From: Candidatus Aldehydirespirator sp.
GTDB lineage: Bacteria > Actinomycetota > Acidimicrobiia > Acidimicrobiales > Aldehydirespiratoraceae
Assembly: GCA_965205155.1 (NCBI GenBank)
Contig: OZ242033.1
Coordinates: forward strand, 628,590-692,589
DNA length: 64,000 nt
Direction: 5' to 3'
Shown here: positions 7,520-16,700 of the stretch, piece after piece
Numbering within the stretch: position 1 is the first letter of the stretch
Layout: each line of letters begins with the position of its first letter
Notes under the pieces: model-generated
Databases searched by the model: none
Told to the model about the DNA's origin: nothing
What the model saw: only the letters and a program-made list of their open reading frames with translations
Translations under genes and position numbers: made by a program

Positions 7520-9604
7520 ATGGCTGATTGGCGGCTCGCGGTCGACATTGGCGGGACGTTCACCGACGTGGTGCTGCTCGACACCTCCTCGGGACGGGTG
7601 GTGGTGGACAAGACCCTCACCACCCCGGCCGCGCCGCTGGAGGGGGTGCGAGCCGGTGTCAGCCAACTCCTGTCCAAGGCACAGGTCACACCGGCGGAGA
7701 TCACCGCGCCCATCGTCCACGCCACCACCCTCATCACCAACGCCCTGATCGAGGGCCGCACCGGCCGGGCCGGACTGGTGACGACGGTGGGTTTCGGTGA
7801 CACGCTGCTGATCCGCGATGAGCATCGCTACGACATGTACGACCTGCAGATCGAGTTCCCCGACCCCCCCATCGGACGGGATCTCACCTTCGAGATCGAC
7901 GAACGCACCTCGGCTACCGGCGCCGTGCTGGCCGTGCCGACGGCAGCCGACCTGACCCGGCTGTCGGTGCAGCTGGCCGACGCGGCAGTGGAGTCGGTGG
8001 CCGTGTGCCTACTCAACTCCTACGTCAACCCGGCCAACGAGCAGGCCGTGGCCGAGCACCTTCGCGGACAGCTCGGAGTGCCGGTATGCATCTCCGCCGA
8101 GATCTCCCCGCAGATCCGCGAGTACCCCCGCATGATCACCGCGGCCTGCAACGCGGCCACCATGCCGGTGATCGGTCCCTACCTCGACGAGTTGCAGAAG
8201 TGGCTGTCGGCGGAGGGGTTCGGCGGCGCGGTGCTGATGATGCTGTCCAACGGCGGCGTGGTGTCGGCCGACGACGCGGCCCGCGGCCCGATCCGCCTGG
8301 TGGAGTCGGGTCCGGCCGCGGGCGCCCTGGCGGGCACCTGGTACGCGCAGCGCCTCGGTTCGGAGCGGCTGCTGTGTTTCGACATGGGCGGGACCACAGC
8401 CAAGGCCTGCCTGATCGAGAACGGCGAGCCCGCCCTCACGAACACCTTCGAGGTGGCCAGGATCTACCGGTTCAAGAAGGGCTCGGGATTCCCGGTGTCG
8501 GTGCCGTCGGTCGACCTGGTCGAGATCGGTGCCGGCGGGGGGTCCCTGGCCCACCTCGACCGTTTCGGCCTGCTCAAGGTGGGGCCGGAGTCGGCCGGGG
8601 CCGATCCCGGACCGGCCTCCTACGGCCGGGGCGGCACCACCGCGGCGGTGACCGACGCCGACGTTGTGCTCGGACTGCTCGACCCCGACGCCTTCCTCGG
8701 CGGAGACATGCCCCTCGATGCGGCCGCAGCCTCCGCCGCGACGGCTCGTCCGGCGGAGGGCTTGGGGCTGTCACCGGTGGACACCGCGGCGGGGATCCAC
8801 GAGGTCGTGAACCAGAACATGGCCGCCGCTGCCAGCATGCACGGGGTGGAGCAGGGGGTGGACCTGCGAGGGGTCACCATCCTGGCCTTCGGCGGTGCCG
8901 GCCCGGTGCACGCCTGCGGTGTGGCCGATCTCCTGGAGAGCGACCGGGTGATCTTCCCCGTCAACGCCAGCGTGCTCTCCGCGTTCGGGACCCTGGTGTC
9001 GCCGGTGCGCATCGACCTGGCCCGTTCCATGCCCCGGCTGCTCGACCACACCGACGTCGCCGAGCGGGACGGGTTGCTCGACGAACTGCGGAGCGAGGGA
9101 CGCAGGGTGCTCTCCGCCGCCGGGGTACCGGCGGGCGACGTGCGCTTCCGCTACGGGCTCGACGCCCGATACTCGGGCCAGGGCAACGAGATCACGGTCT
9201 GGGTGGGCACGGGCGAGGCATGGCCGGCGAGCCAGGCCGACGTGCGGTCGGCCTTCGAGTCGGAGTACCGGCGGATCTACGGCATGACGATCCCCGACGT
9301 GGCCGTCGAGGCGGTGACCTGGCGGCTGTCGGCCTACGCCGAGAAGGTGCAGGTGCGACCGGACACCGGCGCCACCGGCGCGGCCGGAGCGGCTGAGCCG
9401 GCGACGCGGCGTCCGGTGGTGTTCGGGCGCGGCGCCGACGCGGTTGATGTGCCCGTGTACCGGCGGCAGGATCTGGGCGTGGGAGCGGAGTTCACGGGCC
9501 CGGCCATCGTGGAGGAGCGGGAGACCACAACGGTGATCCGGCCGGGCTGGCATGCCGAGGTGGCATCCGACGGCAGCCTCGTAGCCACCAGGAGTCGATC
9601 ATGA
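7520..9604 (+). CDS. hydantoinase/oxoprolinase family protein, A-type subunit
   Basis: Start at MADWRLAVDIGGTFTDVVL (7520), the hydantoinase_A N-terminal signature. The stop overlaps the next start. Confidence 0.85.
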   Translation: MADWRLAVDIGGTFTDVVLLDTSSGRVVVDKTLTTPAAPLEGVRAGVSQLLSKAQVTPAEITAPIVHATTLITNALIEGRTGRAGLVTTVGFGDTLLIRDEHRYDMYDLQIEFPDPPIGRDLTFEIDERTSATGAVLAVPTAADLTRLSVQLADAAVESVAVCLLNSYVNPANEQAVAEHLRGQLGVPVCISAEISPQIREYPRMITAACNAATMPVIGPYLDELQKWLSAEGFGGAVLMMLSNGGVVSADDAARGPIRLVESGPAAGALAGTWYAQRLGSERLLCFDMGGTTAKACLIENGEPALTNTFEVARIYRFKKGSGFPVSVPSVDLVEIGAGGGSLAHLDRFGLLKVGPESAGADPGPASYGRGGTTAAVTDADVVLGLLDPDAFLGGDMPLDAAAASAATARPAEGLGLSPVDTAAGIHEVVNQNMAAAASMHGVEQGVDLRGVTILAFGGAGPVHACGVADLLESDRVIFPVNASVLSAFGTLVSPVRIDLARSMPRLLDHTDVAERDGLLDELRSEGRRVLSAAGVPAGDVRFRYGLDARYSGQGNEITVWVGTGEAWPASQADVRSAFESEYRRIYGMTIPDVAVEAVTWRLSAYAEKVQVRPDTGATGAAGAAEPATRRPVVFGRGADAVDVPVYRRQDLGVGAEFTGPAIVEERETTTVIRPGWHAEVASDGSLVATRSRS

Positions 9605-11238
9605 GCGGCGCTCGCGCTTTCGACCCGGTCGAGTTGGAGATCTTGTGGCAGTCGCTGATCTCCACGGTCAACGAGCAGGCCCGAGCCCTGCAGCGGGCGG
9701 CGTTCAGCCCGATTGTGCGCGAGGCGGGGGACCTGGCCAACGCGGTCTTCGACCGGCGGGGCCGCATGGTGGCCCAGGCGGTGACGGGCACACCGGGTCA
9801 CATCAACAGCCTGGCCCTGGGTGCGGCCGCCATGCTCGAGGAGTACCCGGTCGGGTCGCTGGTGCCCGGTGACGTGCTCATCACCAACGATCCGTACAAG
9901 ACTGCGGGCCAGCTCCTCGACGTCACCGTGCTGGTGCCGGCCTGGCGGGTGCCCGCCGGCGGGGGCAAGCCCCGTCTCATCGCCCTGTTCGGCTCCACGA
10001 TCCACCACACCGACGTGGGCGGCTACGGCATCGGCGCCGGCGGCCGGGACTGCTTCGAGGAAGGGCTCTGGATCCCCATCTGCAGGCTGATGTCCGGTGA
10101 CGGCTCCGGGGGCTCGGAGCGCAACGCCGACGTCTGGAAGTTCATCCTCTCCAATGTCCGCCAGCCGGATCACATGGCCGGCGACCTCCACGCCCAGATG
10201 GCCTCGGGCGAGGTGGGGGCGCAGCGGCTGGCCACGTTGTGCGACACCCACAGCCTTGACGACATAGAGGCCCTGGCCGACGAGATCATCGAGCGGTCCG
10301 AGGCTGCCACCCGGGCCACCATCCGCGAGCTGGATGAAGGCACCTACGACGCGTCAGCCGTGCTCGATCTCGCCGACGGGAGCCGGGTGGACATCGTGTG
10401 CTCCATGCATGTCGATCCCGACGCCGGGGAGATCACGGTGGACTATGCGGGCTCCAGCGAGGCCAGCCCGTGGGGCATCAACGTGGTTCGCAACTACACC
10501 CACGCCTACACCACCTTCACGGTCCGGTCGGTGCTCAACCCCGATATTCCCAACAATCACGGCAGCCTGGCCCCCATCAGGATGCGAGCTCCGGAGGGGT
10601 CGGTGGTGCATGCCGTGCCCCCGCAGCCGGGCACGGCCCGCCATGTGGTGGGGATGTTCCTGCCCAATGCGCTGCTCAAGGCCCTGGCTCAGGTGAAGCC
10701 CGCCGGTGCCATGGCCGAGGGCGCGGGCGCGGTGTGGACCATGCAGGTGAACGGCCACCACGAAGACGGCTCCCCCTTCATCACCGCCATGTTCACCTAC
10801 GCGGGCGGCGTGGGCGCCCGGGCCACCAAGCCCGGTCTCGACGCCTGCTCTTATCCCACCGGGGTTTCGGCGGTGCCCATCGAGGTAGTGGAGGCGTCGG
10901 CTCCGGTCCGGTTCCTGCGCAAGGCGCTGCGACCCGGCTCGGGGGGCACCGGATCCCAGGCCGGCGGGCTGGGCCAGGTGATCGAGTTCGAAGTGGACAC
11001 GGCCCGGCCCTGGCAGCTCAACGCGGTGACCAGCCGCCTCACCGAGCCGCCCCAGGGCATCTTCGGGGGAGAGCCGGGCGCGTCCGGGTCGTTCCAGGTG
11101 AACGGCGAACCGGTCACTACCCAGACTCGCATCACGCTCCAGCCCGGCGACACCGTGCGCCTGGAGCTGCCCGGCGGAGGCGGCTACGGCCGCCCGGCAC
11201 CGGATGTGCAGGATCAGGATCACCCGGTCGCGTCGTGA
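9601..11238 (+). CDS. hydantoinase B/oxoprolinase family protein
   Basis: ATGA overlap with the upstream gene. Hydantoinase_B-like sequence (FDPVELEILWQSL…AAFSPIVREAGDL…ITNDPY). Confidence 0.85.
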   Translation: MSGARAFDPVELEILWQSLISTVNEQARALQRAAFSPIVREAGDLANAVFDRRGRMVAQAVTGTPGHINSLALGAAAMLEEYPVGSLVPGDVLITNDPYKTAGQLLDVTVLVPAWRVPAGGGKPRLIALFGSTIHHTDVGGYGIGAGGRDCFEEGLWIPICRLMSGDGSGGSERNADVWKFILSNVRQPDHMAGDLHAQMASGEVGAQRLATLCDTHSLDDIEALADEIIERSEAATRATIRELDEGTYDASAVLDLADGSRVDIVCSMHVDPDAGEITVDYAGSSEASPWGINVVRNYTHAYTTFTVRSVLNPDIPNNHGSLAPIRMRAPEGSVVHAVPPQPGTARHVVGMFLPNALLKALAQVKPAGAMAEGAGAVWTMQVNGHHEDGSPFITAMFTYAGGVGARATKPGLDACSYPTGVSAVPIEVVEASAPVRFLRKALRPGSGGTGSQAGGLGQVIEFEVDTARPWQLNAVTSRLTEPPQGIFGGEPGASGSFQVNGEPVTTQTRITLQPGDTVRLELPGGGGYGRPAPDVQDQDHPVAS

Positions 11239-12794
11239 CCGCCTGGGCTGAGCCCGTCTCCTTCGCTTCGGCGTGGGATCGGGCGGTGGCCGGCCGCGCC
11301 GACGAGACGTTCCTGGTGTTCGAGACGCCGTCGGGGGATGCAGCTCGCTGGAGCTACGGGGACTTCGACGAGGCGGTGGACCGGGTGGCCGGGACGCTGA
11401 CCGCGCTGGGCGCCGGGCCCGGCGCGGCCGTACACCTCGCCCTCACCAACTCGCCGACGTTCGTGGCGGCGTGGCTGGCCGCATCCCGGCTGGGCGCGTG
11501 GATCGTGCCGTCGGATCCGATGGGGCGCACCCCCGAGTTGGCCGGCCACATCGAGCGCACCCGTCCCGCGGTGGGGCTCTGCGCCGGCGCGAGGGCTGGC
11601 ACTTACCGGGCCGCAGTGGCCGAGGCGGGCCGGGACGATCTGGGTGTGATCGAGATCGACGAGGCCGACACCGCGCTGGCGCCGTTCGACGCCGCGCCTC
11701 TGGCCGCCGCCGAGCGACCAGAGGCCGGGCTGCGGGACAGGGCCGCGGTGATGTTCACGTCGGGCACCACGGGACGGCCCAAGGGTGTGGAGGTGACCCA
11801 GGCCAACTACGCGTTCGCGGGCAAGGTCATGGCGGAGGCGGCCCAGCTGGCGCCCGATGACCGCCAGCTGGTGGTGCTGCCCCTGTTCCACGCCAACGCG
11901 CAGTACTACTCGTTCGCGTCGGCGATCTGGGTCGGGGCCAGCGTGGCCCTGATGCCGTCCTTCTCGGCGTCGGGGTTCCTGCCTGCGGCGGCCCGCCACT
12001 CGGCGACCTGCGCCAGCCTGTTCGCGGCGCCGATACGCATGATCCTGGCCCGGGGCGGACCCGTCGGCGGTCTGCAGCTGCGTCACTGCTGGTATGCGCA
12101 GAACATCGCCGCCGACCAGTACTCCACGGTGGCTCGATGGTTCGGTTGCCGGCCCCGCCAGCTCTACGGCATGACCGAGACCATCCCCGCGGTCCTCACC
12201 GACGAGTCGGCCGACCCGCACCACGCCTCGATGGGCCGGGTCTCGCCCGGCTGCGCGGTGGATGTGCAGGACGCGGCCGGGGGTTCGGTGAAGCCGGGCG
12301 TTGTGGGCGAGGTGGTCGTAGGGGGCGAGCCGGGCATCACCCTGTTCGCGGGGTACCTCGATGCCCCGGACATCACCGCGGCCAGCTTCCGGGACGGATG
12401 GTTCTGTACCGGTGACCGGGCGGTGCGCGACGACACCGGACGCCACTACTTCGACGGCCGTCGCTCTGACGTGCTCAAGGTGTCGGGTGAGAACGTCTCG
12501 ATAGTCGAGGTCGAGTCCACCCTGGCCGAGCATCCGGCGGTGCTGGAAGCCGCGGTGGTGGGCCGCCCCGACGAGATCCGCGACGAGGTGCCGGTGGCGT
12601 TCGTGGTCGCCGCCGACCCGTCGGCCCCGCCGTCCGTATCCGAGCTCGACGCCTGGTGCGCCGAGCGCCTGGCCAAGGCCAAGCGCCCCGCTGCCGTCAC
12701 CCTGATTGACGAGCTGCCCCGAACCAGCGTCGGCAAGATACGCAAATTCCTGCTAGCCGAGCAAGCTGCCGACGAGGCGCCACAGGGCGGTTAG
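11235..12794 (+). CDS. AMP-dependent synthetase/ligase (acyl-CoA synthetase family)
   Basis: GTG at 11235 overlaps the HyuB-like stop (GTGA). AMP-binding motifs MFTSGTTGRPKGV and …GKIRK near the C-terminus. Confidence 0.85.
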   Translation: MTAWAEPVSFASAWDRAVAGRADETFLVFETPSGDAARWSYGDFDEAVDRVAGTLTALGAGPGAAVHLALTNSPTFVAAWLAASRLGAWIVPSDPMGRTPELAGHIERTRPAVGLCAGARAGTYRAAVAEAGRDDLGVIEIDEADTALAPFDAAPLAAAERPEAGLRDRAAVMFTSGTTGRPKGVEVTQANYAFAGKVMAEAAQLAPDDRQLVVLPLFHANAQYYSFASAIWVGASVALMPSFSASGFLPAAARHSATCASLFAAPIRMILARGGPVGGLQLRHCWYAQNIAADQYSTVARWFGCRPRQLYGMTETIPAVLTDESADPHHASMGRVSPGCAVDVQDAAGGSVKPGVVGEVVVGGEPGITLFAGYLDAPDITAASFRDGWFCTGDRAVRDDTGRHYFDGRRSDVLKVSGENVSIVEVESTLAEHPAVLEAAVVGRPDEIRDEVPVAFVVAADPSAPPSVSELDAWCAERLAKAKRPAAVTLIDELPRTSVGKIRKFLLAEQAADEAPQGG

Positions 12795-13198
12795 GCGGCG
12801 GCGAGGCGCTCGGCTTCGTCGATGTAGTCGACGGTCTCGTGGATGAGCATCTTGATGTCGGCTGGCTCGCAGAGGCCCAGGTAGAAGCAGTCGCCGTGCA
12901 GCACGTCCCGGGCGGTGTGGTAGTGATCGGTCAGCCGGCCGACGCCGTCATCGGCGCGCGCCAAGCGCCGTAGTTCTTGCGTGGTGATGGGGGACTTGGC
13001 GGGCTCCTCGCCGGTGCGGGTCAAGATGAGGGCGTCGGCGGCGCGCTTGGTGGCGCACCAGGCCTTCTCGGCGGCGTCGCGGATGTCGCCGGCCTCCAGC
13101 CGGGCCAGCGCCGCGTCGTGCAGGGCCCGGGCGTCGGCGAAGAGCGCGGCGCGATCTGTCGCCATGTCGGCTGGGGGCTGCCGCCCCGTACGGCTCAT
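12791..13198 (-). CDS. PaREP1/HEPN-like helical protein, paralogue 1
   Basis: Start at 13198 (MSRTGRQPPAD…) chosen because of the ATGA overlap with paralogue 2 and the N-terminal alignment to it. AEKAWCATKRAADALI…LHGDCFYLG resembles the PaREP1 family by eye. Confidence 0.6.
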   Translation of the reverse strand: MSRTGRQPPADMATDRAALFADARALHDAALARLEAGDIRDAAEKAWCATKRAADALILTRTGEEPAKSPITTQELRRLARADDGVGRLTDHYHTARDVLHGDCFYLGLCEPADIKMLIHETVDYIDEAERLAAA

Positions 13199-13632
13199 TG
13201 CTGGACAGCGAGGCGCTCGGCTTCGCGGATGTAGTCGACGGTTTCGTGGATGAGGCGCTCGATGTGTTCGGCCGGCTCGCAGAATCCGAGGTAGAAGCAG
13301 TCGCCGTGCAGCGCGTCCTTGACGATGTGGTACCGATCCGCTAGGCGCCGGATGTCCTGGTTGGCGATGGCGAGACGGTTCAGTTCCCGTGTCGTGTGAG
13401 GGGACTTTGCGGGCTCGTTGCCGGTGCGGGCCAGGATGAGGCCGTCGGCGGCCCGCTTGGTGGCGCACCAGGCCTTCTCGGCGGCGTCGCGGATGTCGCC
13501 GGCTTCCAGGCGGGCCAACGCGGCGTCGTGCAGGGCTCGGGCGTCCGCGAACAGCGCGGTGGTCCGCTCGGCAACGGAGTCACTGGCGGGCGGCCGGCTG
13601 CTGGACGTATCGCTCGTACCAGTTGTTGTCAT
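13195..13632 (-). CDS. PaREP1/HEPN-like helical protein, paralogue 2
   Basis: Start MTTTGTSD at 13632, preceded by GGGAGGCACACG. Roughly 75% identical by eye to paralogue 1. Confidence 0.6.
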   Translation of the reverse strand: MTTTGTSDTSSSRPPASDSVAERTTALFADARALHDAALARLEAGDIRDAAEKAWCATKRAADGLILARTGNEPAKSPHTTRELNRLAIANQDIRRLADRYHIVKDALHGDCFYLGFCEPAEHIERLIHETVDYIREAERLAVQQ

Positions 13633-13717
13633 CGTGTGCCTCCCAGTGTCTTTCGTCCTTCTTGCCGCACGCACTGTATCCGGGTCATTCAAGAGGAACA
13701 ACTAGATAACATGAAAA
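13633..13717 (-). promoter_or_regulatory. AT-rich intergenic island (likely promoter region for the PaREP1-like genes)
   Basis: A locally AT-rich stretch (minus sense …GATTTTCATGTTATCTAGTTGTTCCTCTTGAATGA…) in an otherwise GC-rich window. No promoter elements were assigned. Confidence 0.3.
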
Positions 13718-16700
13718 TCACTGGAGTTCGTAGACGGCAGCGATGCGGTTCAGGGCCCGGTACAGGAGGCCGCAGGTGGCCTCGACCTTCCATACATTGC
13801 CGGGCAGCGGCTGGGTGTCGTATACCCATGCCCACGACGCCTCCCTGAGCGCCTCGGTGTCGTGGAGGCTGGCGCCGAGCAGCCGCTCCTCGGTGCGCTC
13901 GGCGCGGTACGGCTTGGGTGCCACCGCGCCGAGCGATACGCGTGCGTCGGCGATAGTGGCACCGTCGTCGTCCAACGCCAGAGACACCGCCGCGGAGCAC
14001 ACCGCGAAGTCGCCGGCGTAGAGCCTCAGCTTCTCGAACGCCGCGGGGCGGGAGCGCGCCACCGCCGGCACTCTCACCTGCGTGAGCAGTTCAGCTTCGG
14101 CCAGGTCGGGCTCCCCGGGTCCCTTGTAGAGCTCGTCGATCGTCCGTTGGCGGGACGGCCCCGACCTGGGCGGCACACTCTCGGCGACGGCGTTGAGGGC
14201 CAGCAGTCCGGTAGCCAGGTCCGACGGGGTGACGGCCTGGCAGCGGTGCCCGCCGAGGACTGCGTGGTGGAACCGATGATCGCCAAGCACGGCGTAGCAG
14301 GGGCTGGCCCATCCGCTGCGCTTGTAGCAGGGAAAGCCGTTGCGGTAGAAGGCGCAGCGCTTCTCCTGCAGGAGGTTGCCGCCGACCGTGGCCAGTTCAC
14401 GGATCTGGTGGGTGGCGAGCTCATCGAGCAGGTCGGACAGCATCGAGTCGCCCGGCTGGGCATCCGGCGCCGACACCCGTCGGCGGAGATCCTCCAGAGT
14501 GACGGCTGCACCGATGCACAAGTCGCCGTCGGGCGTCTCATCGAGTCGGCGCAGTTCACGGACGGAGGTCGTGTCGATGAGGCGGACCGGCGCGGCAAGC
14601 CCCTGCTGCCGGGCCACCAGCAGATCGGTGCCTCCCCCCAGGAAGGCCGAGTCCGCGGGCTGGACGGCACCGGCCTCCACGGCGGCCTCCACGGTCTCGG
14701 GTCGAGCGATGGCCTCGATGTCGGGAACAGGTGCCAGCGGGCTCTGCCTGCCTCCGCGTCTGCGGGCCCGCCGGTCGAGGAGCTTGAAGAGACCGCGCCC
14801 GTAGAGACTGCGCATGAGGTTGATCCAGATCATCTCCCAGCCCAGGGCGCCGGGCTCAGGCCGGCCGCGGCTGGCGCGCGCGGCCGAACTGTGCGGCTTT
14901 AGCAGCGGCAGGAGCTTCTCGGGGGTGAGGGGCAGCTCCCGCGCTCGAACGCCGGTGGCGTGGGCCACCGCGTTGGCCACCGCAGCCGGGGTGGGCACCA
15001 CCCCTATCTCGCCGATTCCCTTGGCTCCGTAGGGTCCCGCCGGATCGTGCCCGTCGAGCAGGACGGCCCGGATCGGCGGCAGGTCCGAAGCCCGCGGCGC
15101 GGCGTAGTCCAGCAAGCTGGGGTTCACGAGACGGCCCTGCTCGTAGACGAGTTCCTCACCGAGCGCAGCACCCAGTCCCATGGCCATGGCCCCGACGGCC
15201 TGGCCTTCGGCCGCGGCCGGGTTGAGCGCGGCCCCCGAGTCGTGCACCGTCACCGCGTCGATCACCTGCACCTGGCCGGTGGCGTAGTCGACCTCCACTT
15301 CCACCGCCTGCACGCAGAAGGAGTACGCGGGCGAGAAGTGGCCCCGGCCGTGCACCTTGTCCATCTTGTCGACATCGGTGAGATAGCTGCCCTGCACCCG
15401 CAGGCATCCGTCGGCTGCTCCCTCGGCGAGCGCCACGAGGTCGCCTATGGGCACGGCGTCGGCGCCGGAGCGGGCCTCGCCGTCCGTGAGCGCGACGTGG
15501 GCGGACTCGGTACCGAACTTGGCCGCCGCGGCCGCCTTGAGGGCTCGGGCCGCGCCCCGGGCCGCGTCGGCGGCGGCGTGGCCGCTCCACATCGTGCCCC
15601 GCGACGACCACGCCCCGAGGTCCCGGGGTGCGTCGTGGCTGTCCATCATGGTCACCGTGACATCGTCGAAGGCGAGCCCCAACTCGTCCGCTGCGATCTG
15701 GCGCAGCATTGCGGCCTGGCCCGTTCCGGCGTCGGCGCCGGCGAAGCAGACGCGCGCCGTGCCGTCCTCATGGACCTCCACCGCGGCCTCGCTCAGCTCG
15801 GAGTGCTCGAAGGCGTTGGCTCCCGAGACGTGAACCGCGGCGGCCACGCCCACCCCGCGCCCGCTGCCGGCCAGGTCTCGCTTGGCATCCCAATCGATCT
15901 CGGCGCGGGCCCGCTGGAGGCACTCGTCGAGGCGGGCCGAACCCAGGCGCCAGCCGGTGAGGGTCACGTCGCCGCGGCGGGGGGCATTCAAGAGCCGCAG
16001 TTCGATCGGGTCGATGCCCAGCTTCTCGGCCAGTTCGTCGATCTGCGACTCCATCGCGAAGGTCATCTGCGGGTTGCCGTAGCCCCGGAACGACGCTCCC
16101 GGCTGCTTGTTGGTGTAGACCAGTGACACCGCCGTCTCGCACCCGCCGAGCCGGTACGGCCCCGCGGCCAGCATGGTGGCGTAGATGGCTACCGACGGCC
16201 CGGCGTGGTTGTAGGCGCCGTTGTCCACCGTCACGTATCCGTCGCGGTGCGTGAGCGTGCCGTCGCGCCGGGCGCCCGTGGCGAGGTCCACGTAGAAGGC
16301 GTGACGGACTGCCGTCGTCGCGAACTCCTCGTTCCGGTCAAGCACGAGACGCACCGGCCGCTTCGCCCTGATTGACAGCGCGGCCGCGATCACCTCGTGG
16401 CAGCCGGCCTTGGCCTTGGCCCCGAAGCCGCCTCCGACGGCCACGGGGTGGGTGCGCACCTGGTCCATGTCGAGGTCGAGCATGTGGGCGACCTCTTTGC
16501 GCACGAAGTAGGGCGCTTGGGTGGACACCCAAAGATCGAGCTGCTGCCGGGCTGAGTTCCAGCGGGCGATCACGGAGTGCGGCTCCAGGCACACATGGGC
16601 TGCGGGCTTGTAGGCATAGTTGCCGCTGACAACCACCTCAGCCTCCGAGCGTGCGGTGTCGGGGTCGCCGTAGCTGCGGACCGCCTGCATGGAGAGATTG

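Noticed and set aside
13199-13468. Upstream extension of ORF 12791..13468
   Set aside because: It overlaps paralogue 2 in another frame. The ATGA junction at 13195-13198 and the alignment of the two paralogue N-termini support the shorter gene.
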